Assembly: GCA_020725675.1 (NCBI GenBank)
Contig: DYEP01000119.1
Location: 1-60,938 of the forward strand
Reading direction: 5' to 3'
From: Symbiobacterium sp.
GTDB taxonomy: Bacteria > Bacillota > Sulfobacillia > DUSP01 > DYEP01
DNA: 60,938 nt
A program made the position numbers and the translations under genes. Below the pieces are notes generated by a model that was not told where the DNA came from, made no database searches, and was given only the letters and a program-made list of their open reading frames with translations. Positions 52,889-60,938 of this stretch are shown here, one piece after another. Numbering within the stretch: position 1 is the stretch's first letter; each line of letters starts with the position of its first letter.

Positions 52889-54988
52889 TCACGATATTGT
52901 GATTTTAATATCCAAGGCGGATACACCCTTTTCGTACGCAAAGATCGGGTTGATATCCATCTCGGTGATCTCTGGGAAGTCAGTTACCAGCTGGCCCACC
53001 CGGCCAATCACATCAATCAGAGCTTCTACGTCTGCCGGCTGTTCCCCTCTGAAACCCCGAAGCAGCATAGAAGCTTTAGTTTCCGATATCATACTCTCCA
53101 TTTCTCTTCGGCTTAGTCCTGACGCCAGCCTGAACGAGACGTCTTTTAGCAGATTTACGTATATGCCTCCGAGCCCAAATGCGATGAGCGGGCCAAACTG
53201 CACGTCTTTTGTCATCCCCACAATGAGCTCACGGCCTTTGGGCATCATTTTCTGCACTTCAACTCCATGGACGCTGGTCCCCGGCAGGAACCGGTGTACA
53301 TTCTCCATGATCTCGATGAACGCCCGTCTCACCGCCGCCGGAGTGTCAAGGCCCACTTTAACCCCGCCCACGTCTGTCTTATGAAGGATCTTCGGCGAAG
53401 CCACTTTCAGCACCACGGGGAAACCGAGCAGCTCGGCGATGTACGCAGCTTCATCGGCCCTCGTAGCCAGGAGGGACGGAGCGGCAGGGATGTTGTACGC
53501 GCGGGCAACGCGGACCGTCTCGGTACCAAGCAGTACCAGTCTTCCTTCTTCCTTGACTTCACGGAATAGCTCTGAAACAGCCTCTCGGTTTACATCATTG
53601 TACCTGACAGGCTCTTCTACGATGCGCTCTGCCAGCCTACCCTGATCCACAAGACCCCTGACCGCGGAAACGGCAGGCTCGGGGAACGGGTAGCAGGGGA
53701 CGCTCCGTCTAAAGAGAATTCTTGTTGCTTCCTCTACGTCCGTCCCCCCCATGAAAGAAGCCACCACGGGCTTCTCAGGGAATCTGTCGCGCGCCCTGGC
53801 GATGATCTCGGCGGTGACCTCAGGTTGTACCACTGCGGTAGGAGTGAGCAATACAATCACGCTGTGGACGTTATCATCACGCAATACGGTCTCGAGCGCA
53901 TTCTCATAACGGTCGGGTGCCGCGTCGCCTATGACGTCCACCGGATTGTAAACGTTTGCGGTCTTGGGCAGGGTCGACCTCAGGTGATCTATGGTGCTCT
54001 TGTCAAATCGGGACATTTCAAGGCCCAGTTTTTCCACGCGGTCCGTAGTAATGATGCCGGGTCCGCCCGAATTAGTCACGATAGCAACCCTTGGGCCTTT
54101 TGCTACAGGCTGCATCGCGAAAGCGATAGCAAGGTCGAACAACTCAGTCATGGTGTGTGCCCGTATCACCCCGCACTGCCTGAAAGCAACGTCGTAGGCC
54201 AGGTCACTACCGGCGAGCGCCCCTGTGTGAGACGATGCAGCGAGCGCACCAGCTTGTGTTGTTCCCGCTTTCAGTACGATGATGGGGGTCTTCAGCGCCG
54301 CCTTGCGTGCTACTTCAATGAACTGTTTCCCGTCGGTCACGTCTTCAAGGTAACAGGCGATGACTTTAGTGTTCGGGTCGTCTGCCGCATGCGCGATGAG
54401 GTCTGCCTCGTTGAGATCGGCCTTGTTGCCCAGACTGATAAACTGAGAGAAGCCAATGCCCTTTGTCAGCGACCAATCAAGTATGGCCACACACAGTGCG
54501 CCACTTTGCGAGATGAAAGCGATCTGGCCCTGAAGGGGGGATCTCTTGGCGAAGGTGGCATTGATGGGCGTGTGGGAGTCCATCATGCCCAAGCAGTTGG
54601 GGCCTAGCATCCGCATTCCGTATGATTTACAGATCTCGACCAGGGACTTTTCCAACTTCAGCCCTTCAGTACCCACTTCCTTGAAACCAGCAGTAATGGT
54701 GATCAGGGCCTTAACCCCGATCTCGCCACACTGCCGTGCCACCTCACATACATGCTGCGTGGGTACTGAGATCACTGCCATATCGACCGGTCTTCCTATG
54801 TCAAGCACAGTAGGATAACACTTGTATCCTGATATTTCGTCTTCCTTCGGGTTAATTGGGTAGATCTCGCCTTTGTACCCGCTTTGAATCACGTTGGTGA
54901 TGATTGCGTTTCCGATCTTTTCCGGGGATTTGGAAGCCCCAATCACAGCCACGCTATTGGGGTTGAACAGCGCTGTCAGATCAGCCAT
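52889..54988 (-). CDS. ADP-forming acetyl-CoA synthetase / acyl-CoA synthetase (NDP-forming), fused alpha-beta
   Basis: LFNPNSVAVIGASKSPEKIG (CoA-binding), the GPNCLG and SQSGAL succinyl-CoA-synthetase-like motifs, and a C-terminal ATP-grasp domain. Confidence 0.85.
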   Translation of the reverse strand: MADLTALFNPNSVAVIGASKSPEKIGNAIITNVIQSGYKGEIYPINPKEDEISGYKCYPTVLDIGRPVDMAVISVPTQHVCEVARQCGEIGVKALITITAGFKEVGTEGLKLEKSLVEICKSYGMRMLGPNCLGMMDSHTPINATFAKRSPLQGQIAFISQSGALCVAILDWSLTKGIGFSQFISLGNKADLNEADLIAHAADDPNTKVIACYLEDVTDGKQFIEVARKAALKTPIIVLKAGTTQAGALAASSHTGALAGSDLAYDVAFRQCGVIRAHTMTELFDLAIAFAMQPVAKGPRVAIVTNSGGPGIITTDRVEKLGLEMSRFDKSTIDHLRSTLPKTANVYNPVDVIGDAAPDRYENALETVLRDDNVHSVIVLLTPTAVVQPEVTAEIIARARDRFPEKPVVASFMGGTDVEEATRILFRRSVPCYPFPEPAVSAVRGLVDQGRLAERIVEEPVRYNDVNREAVSELFREVKEEGRLVLLGTETVRVARAYNIPAAPSLLATRADEAAYIAELLGFPVVLKVASPKILHKTDVGGVKVGLDTPAAVRRAFIEIMENVHRFLPGTSVHGVEVQKMMPKGRELIVGMTKDVQFGPLIAFGLGGIYVNLLKDVSFRLASGLSRREMESMISETKASMLLRGFRGEQPADVEALIDVIGRVGQLVTDFPEITEMDINPIFAYEKGVSALDIKITIS

Positions 54989-55259
54989 GTCCTGATGTCA
55001 CCTTCTTTTAGAAAGGATTGAATATAGAGGTGTAGGGGGCCGTTCATCAGGGTGCGAAAGCCTCCCCCCTCAGACGGTCCCCCTCCCTGATTGTCCCACA
55101 ATAGTCTATCACGATTCGATGTGTGAGTAAACAGTTTTGTGCCTCGCTATAACCTTATCCAACCTCTCCTTAAGGTATTCGAACTGGGAACAAACAGGAA
55201 AGCAGGGAAATGGTGTAGAACAATGAAGGTAATACTCAAATAGAGAAGGGGGGACCCGT

Positions 55260-55700
55260 ATGAACGTTTCCCTCGCAGAAGCGTGTTCGGCGAGCGGTCT
55301 TCACCCTCGACTAGTTGGAGAGATCGTTCGAGAATACGGCCAGGAACTGGGAGTTTCGGAGTCCGAAGAAGGGGACCTGCACCTTCCAGAAGACTCTGTG
55401 CCGCTCCTTAAATCCATACACCTCTGGCAAGCCGAAGGTCTGGGAGCGGAAGAAATAAGGCAACGCTTACGGACGCCAGGCCAGCCTCCAGTTCAGATCG
55501 AGTACAACGAATTCTATGACCGTCTCTTGGATCTGGTGACGCGACTTGAGAAGACCGAAAAACAGCGGGCTGAAGACAGGGACAGGCTCTTGACCGCACT
55601 AATCAGAACACAGCAGGAAGTGCAGCAGCTCAGGTACGAACTGGCGGGAATTACAACTCGGGCTGAGCGGAAAAGAAAGAGGTTTCTGGGGATATTCTAA
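55260..55700 (+). CDS. Hypothetical protein with a MerR-like HTH N-terminus and a coiled-coil tail
   Basis: VSLAEACSASGLHPRLVGEIVREYG ... LLKSIHLWQAEGLGAEEIRQRL resembles a MerR-type wing/HTH layout. The C-terminus is a charged coiled coil. Confidence 0.45.
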   Translation: MNVSLAEACSASGLHPRLVGEIVREYGQELGVSESEEGDLHLPEDSVPLLKSIHLWQAEGLGAEEIRQRLRTPGQPPVQIEYNEFYDRLLDLVTRLEKTEKQRAEDRDRLLTALIRTQQEVQQLRYELAGITTRAERKRKRFLGIF

Positions 55701-55741
55701 GTGAGGGCAAATAATCGGCATATCTGGACGGTGGTGCATGC

Positions 55742-56893
55742 GTGTTGCATTACCTGGACAACAGCGCGACCACAAGGCTTTTGCCTGAGGTATCGGAAGC
55801 CATGTGTCGCACGCTGAATGAGACATTTGGCAACCCTTCGTCGCTTCACCCCCTTGGTGTGAGCGCACGTGCACTCATTGAAGAAGCCCGCGTGAAGATC
55901 GCGTCTGCGCTGTCAGTAAACGCTCAAGAAGTGGTGTTTACCTCTGGCGGAACCGAGTCAAACAACATGGCCATATTCGGTGTGGCAACGCTTTATGCAA
56001 AGCGCGGTAGGCACATTGTGACTTCCGCGATTGAACATCCGTCTGTGCTCGAGCCGCTTTCCAGGCTCGCCTCGGAAGGTTTCGAGGTGGACTACGTACT
56101 GCCGCTGCGGGACGGCTCTGTGCCGGCAGATGAGGTGCTAAACCGGATCAGGAAGGACACGGTGCTCGTAACAATGATGCACGTGAACAATGAGGTAGGT
56201 TCTATCTTACCGGTGGATGTGGTGGGCCGGGGACTGAGCGACTTCTTGCCGCGGCCGGTCTTTCACGTAGACGCTGTGCAATCCTTCGGGAAGTATCGTA
56301 TAAAGCCCCAAGAATTCGGCATAGATCTGCTCAGCGCAAGCGCGCACAAGATCCACGGTCCGAAGGGTACGGGTTTTCTGTATGTAAGAAGCGGTCTTGA
56401 GATCCCACCATACATACGGGGAGGGGGCCAAGAACGCGGCTTACGCTCGGGCACAGAGAACGTGCACGGGATTGTGGGTATGGCTCAAGCCGTGTCCGCG
56501 CTTGGGAAGTGGGATTTCTGGGGCAGCGTCAAACCCTTAAGACGCAAGATCGAAGAGGGCGTAATGCGCATCCCGGGGTGTTCCATCATCGGGCCAAAGC
56601 AGGAGGGACTGTATGCGCCACATATCCTGTCGCTGCGCATAGAAGGCGTGCGCGGCGAGGTGCTGGTACGTTTCCTTGGCGCCGAAGGAGTGTGTGTATC
56701 TTCAGGCTCGGCATGTCACACCCACCGGGGCGGACCAAGCCCGGTACTCTCCGCTCTCGGTTTGAAACCCAAGGAGGCAGAAGAGGTAATACGAGTCAGC
56801 CTGTCTATTGACAACGACGAGTCTGATGCAGACGCGTTCCTGTCTTCGCTTGAGAAGGCAGTTTGGCGCTTAAGGCGGGTGTTTAGAGGGTGA
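55742..56893 (+). CDS. Cysteine desulfurase (NifS/IscS class V aminotransferase)
   Basis: YLDNSATT, SAHKIHGPKG (PLP Lys) and SSGSAC (active-site Cys). Confidence 0.88.
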   Translation: MLHYLDNSATTRLLPEVSEAMCRTLNETFGNPSSLHPLGVSARALIEEARVKIASALSVNAQEVVFTSGGTESNNMAIFGVATLYAKRGRHIVTSAIEHPSVLEPLSRLASEGFEVDYVLPLRDGSVPADEVLNRIRKDTVLVTMMHVNNEVGSILPVDVVGRGLSDFLPRPVFHVDAVQSFGKYRIKPQEFGIDLLSASAHKIHGPKGTGFLYVRSGLEIPPYIRGGGQERGLRSGTENVHGIVGMAQAVSALGKWDFWGSVKPLRRKIEEGVMRIPGCSIIGPKQEGLYAPHILSLRIEGVRGEVLVRFLGAEGVCVSSGSACHTHRGGPSPVLSALGLKPKEAEEVIRVSLSIDNDESDADAFLSSLEKAVWRLRRVFRG

Positions 56894-56895
56894 AC

Positions 56896-58083
56896 ATGAA
56901 AGTAGTAGTCATCAGGTACGGCGAGATAGGCCTAAAGGGCAAGAACCGATCATTTTTTGAACGTATGTTAAAGAAACAAATACAGCGAGTACTCAAGCCT
57001 GATGAAGAGGTTCACCACGACTTCGGCCGGTTCTACGTCTATACGCAGGAGCCACTGGACGCAGCAGCACGTCTCAAAGAGGTGTTCGGTGTGGTCACGC
57101 TGAGCCCTGGAGCCAGCGTCGAATTGGACATGCGGGAAATCGAGGAAGCAGCAGCAACGGTTCTGGCCAGTGCGCTGGCTGAGGATCCGAGCATAAGAAC
57201 ATTTAAGGTGGAGGCACGGCGCAGCAACAAGGTCTTCCCCCATACCTCGCCCGAGATCAGCCAAAGGCTGGGTGCCTTCTTGCTCGGACGCTTCCCGTCC
57301 ATGCGGGTTGATGTTCATGACCCCCACATCACGGTGGGGGTGGAAGTAAGGCAGAGTGCGTTGGTTTTCGGTCAGGTCATCCCGGGCCCCGGGGGACTGC
57401 CGGTGGGCAGCGCCGGCAGGGCGGGGCTGCTTCTCTCCGGAGGCATAGATAGCCCCGTAGCCGGCTACCTTGCCATGAAAAGAGGTGTCATGCTCGACTG
57501 CATACACTTTCATACATTCCCATATACCAGCGAGCGCTCAGTTGATAAGGTTCGGAGGCTCTGTATTGAGCTGTCAAAATGGGGCGACTTGAGTTTGCAC
57601 CTCTTTAGCCTTACCGAAGTGGTGGAGGCGATCAAGCAAAGCTGCCCCGACAAGCTCACCATCACTATCATGCGCAGGTTCATGCTGCGCATCGCGGAGG
57701 CGTTCTGCCGCCAGGGGAGAGGGCTGGCGCTTGTTACGGGGGAGAGCCTGGGTCAGGTAGCGAGCCAAACGCTGGAAAGCCTATACTGCATAGAGCATGC
57801 AGTGTCTGTCCCGGTGCTGCGTCCCCTGATCGGCTTTGACAAGACGGAAATCGTAGCAATGGCCAGGCGCATGGGCACATATGAGTTGTCGGTAGAGCCT
57901 TTTGATGACTGCTGTAGCCTGTTCGTGCCTCGTAACCCGTCAACTCAGCCCAGACTTGAGCAGGTGATATGTGCCGAAGACGCCCTGGACGTTCAGGGCC
58001 TAGTTGATGCTGCTCTCGGCACTAGGGAGTCCTGGTCATACTACCGCAGAGGTCAGGGTGTCGAGTCCACCCGTTGGCAGTGA
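56896..58083 (+). CDS. thiI: tRNA 4-thiouridine(8) synthase ThiI
   Basis: MKVVVIRYGEIGLKGKNR, a THUMP region, and the PP-loop LLLSGGIDSPVA. A GTG at 56890 is the alternative start. Confidence 0.9.
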   Translation: MKVVVIRYGEIGLKGKNRSFFERMLKKQIQRVLKPDEEVHHDFGRFYVYTQEPLDAAARLKEVFGVVTLSPGASVELDMREIEEAAATVLASALAEDPSIRTFKVEARRSNKVFPHTSPEISQRLGAFLLGRFPSMRVDVHDPHITVGVEVRQSALVFGQVIPGPGGLPVGSAGRAGLLLSGGIDSPVAGYLAMKRGVMLDCIHFHTFPYTSERSVDKVRRLCIELSKWGDLSLHLFSLTEVVEAIKQSCPDKLTITIMRRFMLRIAEAFCRQGRGLALVTGESLGQVASQTLESLYCIEHAVSVPVLRPLIGFDKTEIVAMARRMGTYELSVEPFDDCCSLFVPRNPSTQPRLEQVICAEDALDVQGLVDAALGTRESWSYYRRGQGVESTRWQ

Positions 58084-58186
58084 ATTGCCTGACATTTCCC
58101 CCCCCATGCAGTGTCGGGTCGCGGGATTGTTCTGTACCGTTATTCAAAGGTGTGATAGGTAACCCGCCGAAAGAAGAGGGTGTCGT

Positions 58187-59086
58187 TTGTCCGTGTATGT
58201 AATTGAAATTCTCGTGCCCGTCATTTTCATTATTCTACTAGGATATGTCGCCAACTTTTTTCTGAAAATGGACGTATCAGCCCCGTCGCGCCTCACGCTT
58301 TACATCCTCCTGCCAGCGCTGGTGTTTAACTCGCTTTATACCTCAGCGACAACAAGTGCTGAGTTCATTATGCTCTTTTGCTTCCTGGCGCTGTTTACCG
58401 CGCTGATGGTAGGATTGATAACTGCTGTGGGCGCCGTGTTCGCTCTGGATAGGAAGGACAGGAGCGCGCTGGTACTCGCTTCCACCTTCGGGAACACGGG
58501 GTACCTCGGCTCGCCCATTATCCTCTTTGCTTTGGGTCAGCAGGGTTTCGAGCGTGCCCTACTTTACATGGTGTGCCAGCAATTTTTCATGTTTACAGTG
58601 GGAGTGTTTTACGCGGCGAGCAGCAAGAACAGCGTACGCCGATCTCTCCTTGGCGTGCTGCGCATGCCTTCGCTTTACGCTGCAGTGCTTGCTTACTTGC
58701 TGCGGTCCGCCGGGCTTTCCATCCCCCCTGTACTCTACAAGGGGATAAGTATGATGGCAGGAGCCGCGCTTCCGGTCATGCTGCTGATTATGGGCATGCA
58801 GTTTCACGCACTTTCCGCCGGCTTTTCCAAAAAGACGATGGCATTGGGCACAGCAATGAAGCTGGTGATTGCACCACTACTCGCGTACGGGCTGGTCTTC
58901 TTGCTACCTGTGGAGAGAGAACTTTCCTCCGTCCTGGTGCTCCAAACCGCAATGCCCACAGCTATGAATATTGCATTGGTTTCCATGGAGTATGACGCAG
59001 CGCCTGATGTGGTGTGCGGTACCGCCATGCTTTCAACCGTGCTCTGCCCGATGACTCTCAGCATACTCCTGTGGCTCCTGCTTTGA
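58187..59086 (+). CDS. AEC (auxin efflux carrier) family transporter
   Basis: About 10 TM segments and FGNTGYLGSPI. Confidence 0.75.
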   Translation: MSVYVIEILVPVIFIILLGYVANFFLKMDVSAPSRLTLYILLPALVFNSLYTSATTSAEFIMLFCFLALFTALMVGLITAVGAVFALDRKDRSALVLASTFGNTGYLGSPIILFALGQQGFERALLYMVCQQFFMFTVGVFYAASSKNSVRRSLLGVLRMPSLYAAVLAYLLRSAGLSIPPVLYKGISMMAGAALPVMLLIMGMQFHALSAGFSKKTMALGTAMKLVIAPLLAYGLVFLLPVERELSSVLVLQTAMPTAMNIALVSMEYDAAPDVVCGTAMLSTVLCPMTLSILLWLLL

Positions 59087-59229
59087 TAGTACAGACTGGC
59101 CATCATGCGGGTAGTCAACTGCTGGGTAAAGAATACTCAGATCAAGAGCATTATGGTATCATATCTACATTGAACCCAGCGAATGGGCAAGCTGGCTGGT
59201 GGCTGAAGACAATTGCAAAACCACACTAA

Positions 59230-60564
59230 TTGGCGGGGGAGTTTTTGTCCTTGTATTACCTAATCGAGACGTTTGGTTGTCAGATGAATGCTCATGACTC
59301 CGAAGTGCTGGCGGGGCTGCTTGAAGAGATGGGCTATCGCCCGGCGAAGGCCCGCGAGGAAGCAGACTTGATATTGCTGAACACCTGTTGCGTAAGAGAG
59401 AGCGCCGAAAACAAGGTGTGGGGGAGGCTTGGCGTGCTCAAACGCTTAAAAAGAGAAAACCCAGGGTTGATAATCGGAGTATGCGGGTGTATGGCACAGG
59501 AGGAAGGGACAGCAGAACGCATAAGGCGCCGTTATCCCCACGTGGACCTGGTTTTCGGTACCCACAACGTGCACCGTCTCCCAGATCTCATACGGGAGGC
59601 AAGAGAAAGCAATGCACTGGTGGTCGAGGTATTAGAGTCGGAGGGCGGGATCGTAGAACACCTGCCTGCAAAGCGTGCGCCGGGGCTCAGTGCATGGGTG
59701 ACGGTTATGTACGGCTGCAACAACTTCTGTTCGTACTGCATTGTGCCCTATGTTAGAGGCAGGCAGCGAAGCAGAGAACCCCGTTCCGTCATTGACGAAG
59801 TCTCGTCCCTTTTTGCTGAAGGTTACAAGGAAGTTACGCTCCTTGGTCAGAACGTCAATGCTTACGGGCGTGACCTTGCAGAGGAGTATGACTTCGCCGA
59901 TCTCCTATCCGAGCTTGACAGACTTGACCACGCGGGCAGGATCAGGTACATGACTTCGCACCCACGGGATTTCTCAGACAAGCTGATAGACGTGCTGAGC
60001 AAAACAAAGCACGTATGCGAACACATCCACCTCCCCGTTCAGGCGGGATCTGACCGGATTCTTTCGCTAATGAACCGGGGATATACCAGAGATGGATATC
60101 TTGCGCTTGTACAACGCATCAGGAAAGCTATTCCTAACGCTTCCATAACCACCGATATCATTGTCGGATTCCCGGGAGAGTCGGAGTCTGAGTTTGAAGA
60201 GACGCTGGACCTGGTCAAGCAAGTGAGGTTTGATGCCGCTTTTACCTTTGTCTACTCACCTAGAAGGGGTACACGCGCGGCAGCCATGGAAAACCAGGTT
60301 CCGGCGGACGAGAAACAACGCCGCATAACAGCACTGGTGGAGCTCCAAAACCGGATAACAAAAGAAGTGAATAACGCGATGATAGGCAGGATAGAGGAAG
60401 TACTAGTCGAGGGTCCCTCGGAGAAGGAACCAGAGAAGCTATCCGGCAGAACCCGGGGCAACAAGGTGGTCATTATCGATTCAAAGCAACATCCCGGCGC
60501 GCTCGTCAACGTCCGGATCACGGACGGCGGTACTTACTACCTGAAGGGTGAAATACTGCGCTGA
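59230..60564 (+). CDS. miaB: tRNA-i6A37 methylthiotransferase MiaB
   Basis: IETFGCQMNAHDSE (UPF0004 Cys), the radical-SAM motif CNNFCSYCIVP, and a C-terminal TRAM domain. In-frame TTGs at 59245 or 59251 are likelier starts, given GGCGGGGGAG at 59232-59241. Confidence 0.9.
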   Translation: MAGEFLSLYYLIETFGCQMNAHDSEVLAGLLEEMGYRPAKAREEADLILLNTCCVRESAENKVWGRLGVLKRLKRENPGLIIGVCGCMAQEEGTAERIRRRYPHVDLVFGTHNVHRLPDLIREARESNALVVEVLESEGGIVEHLPAKRAPGLSAWVTVMYGCNNFCSYCIVPYVRGRQRSREPRSVIDEVSSLFAEGYKEVTLLGQNVNAYGRDLAEEYDFADLLSELDRLDHAGRIRYMTSHPRDFSDKLIDVLSKTKHVCEHIHLPVQAGSDRILSLMNRGYTRDGYLALVQRIRKAIPNASITTDIIVGFPGESESEFEETLDLVKQVRFDAAFTFVYSPRRGTRAAAMENQVPADEKQRRITALVELQNRITKEVNNAMIGRIEEVLVEGPSEKEPEKLSGRTRGNKVVIIDSKQHPGALVNVRITDGGTYYLKGEILR

Positions 60565-60615
60565 GGACCCGCGTGTCTGCCTGGAAAACCGTGTTCCTAA
60601 GGAGTGGAATCTTCT

Positions 60616-60938
60616 GTGACCACACCCATGCTGTCTCAGTACCACCAGATCAAAAGAGAACATCCCGACAAGATCCTCATGTTTAGGCTGGGCGACTTCT
60701 ACGAGATGTTCTACGATGATGCAGTGATCGCAGCTCGGGAGCTGGATATCGTTCTTACCTCAAGACCCACAGGCAATGATACCCGGATTCCCATGGCAGG
60801 TGTGCCCTACCACGCAGTAGACACGTACTTATCTAAACTACTGGATAAGGGCTACAGGATCGCCCTGTGTGACCAAGTCGAGGATGCTCGACACGCCAAG
60901 GGCCTTGTAAAACGGGCAGTCACCCGGGTCGTCACGCC
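60616..60938 (+). CDS. mutS: DNA mismatch repair protein MutS, 3'-truncated by the window edge
   Basis: [36 protein letters not shown]...[11 protein letters not shown] lies 8 nt after AAGGAGTGG. The frame is open to the end of the window. Confidence 0.92.
   Translation, partial: MTTPMLSQYHQIKREHPDKILMFRLGDFYEMFYDDAVIAARELDIVLTSRPTGNDTRIPMAGVPYHAVDTYLSKLLDKGYRIALCDQVEDARHAKGLVKRAVTRVVT

Noticed and set aside
1-60938. CRISPR arrays, rRNA genes, transposases, prophage genes, toxin-antitoxin pairs and long direct or inverted repeats.
   Set aside because: I noticed none while reading both strands and the ORF track. Short repeats cannot be excluded without a computational repeat search.

Overview
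This window looks like core chromosome from an endospore-forming Firmicute, probably a Clostridia-type anaerobe; it looks GC-rich by eye (not computed). I see no rRNA, CRISPR array, transposase, integrase or prophage. I call about 63 protein genes and one tRNA-Pro(GGG), plus several consensus sigma-A-like promoters and intrinsic terminators.

Gene content, in order:
- spoIVA (5'-truncated by the window edge)
- zur-znuACB zinc uptake operon
- tRNA-Pro
- a GT4 glycosyltransferase with a large uncharacterised membrane protein
- speH, an M42 peptidase and ndk
- a translationally coupled MFS-mtnP-ahcY-mtaD SAM by-product block
- dinG, surE and an HDAC-family protein
- a patatin-like protein, a LysM polysaccharide deacetylase and an alpha/beta SASP
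- a ~14 kb same-strand catabolic cluster (28.9-43.1 kb)
- cinA-thpR-recA-recX, then rny-(hypothetical)-ymdB-spoVS
- an ADP-forming acetyl-CoA synthetase pair
- cysteine desulfurase-thiI, miaB and the start of mutS

The best candidate for something undescribed is the 28.9-43.1 kb cluster. It contains a five-gene split Hcn/Oox/PDH1-type Fe-S flavoprotein dehydrogenase, a tungsten-type aldehyde:ferredoxin oxidoreductase (AOR) module with a MoaD-like protein, an MBL hydrolase, a 2-hydroxyacid dehydrogenase and a cupin. It also carries a guanidino-modifying-superfamily enzyme, a YjiH transporter, a PucR regulator and an aminotransferase. I cannot assign its substrate.

Other sequence-level oddities:
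- cinA and thpR both encode conserved N-termini upstream of any ATG/GTG/TTG. They are part of a run of five consecutive genes without an ATG start.
- A consensus promoter followed by two tandem terminator hairpins sits in front of rny.
- Two long unexplained intergenic regions lie at 39.7-40.1 kb and 43.2-43.5 kb.
- DinG combines a degenerate exonuclease-like N-domain with an E. coli-type Fe-S cysteine pattern.

All functional calls come from my reading of the translated ORFs and motifs. No database search was run.
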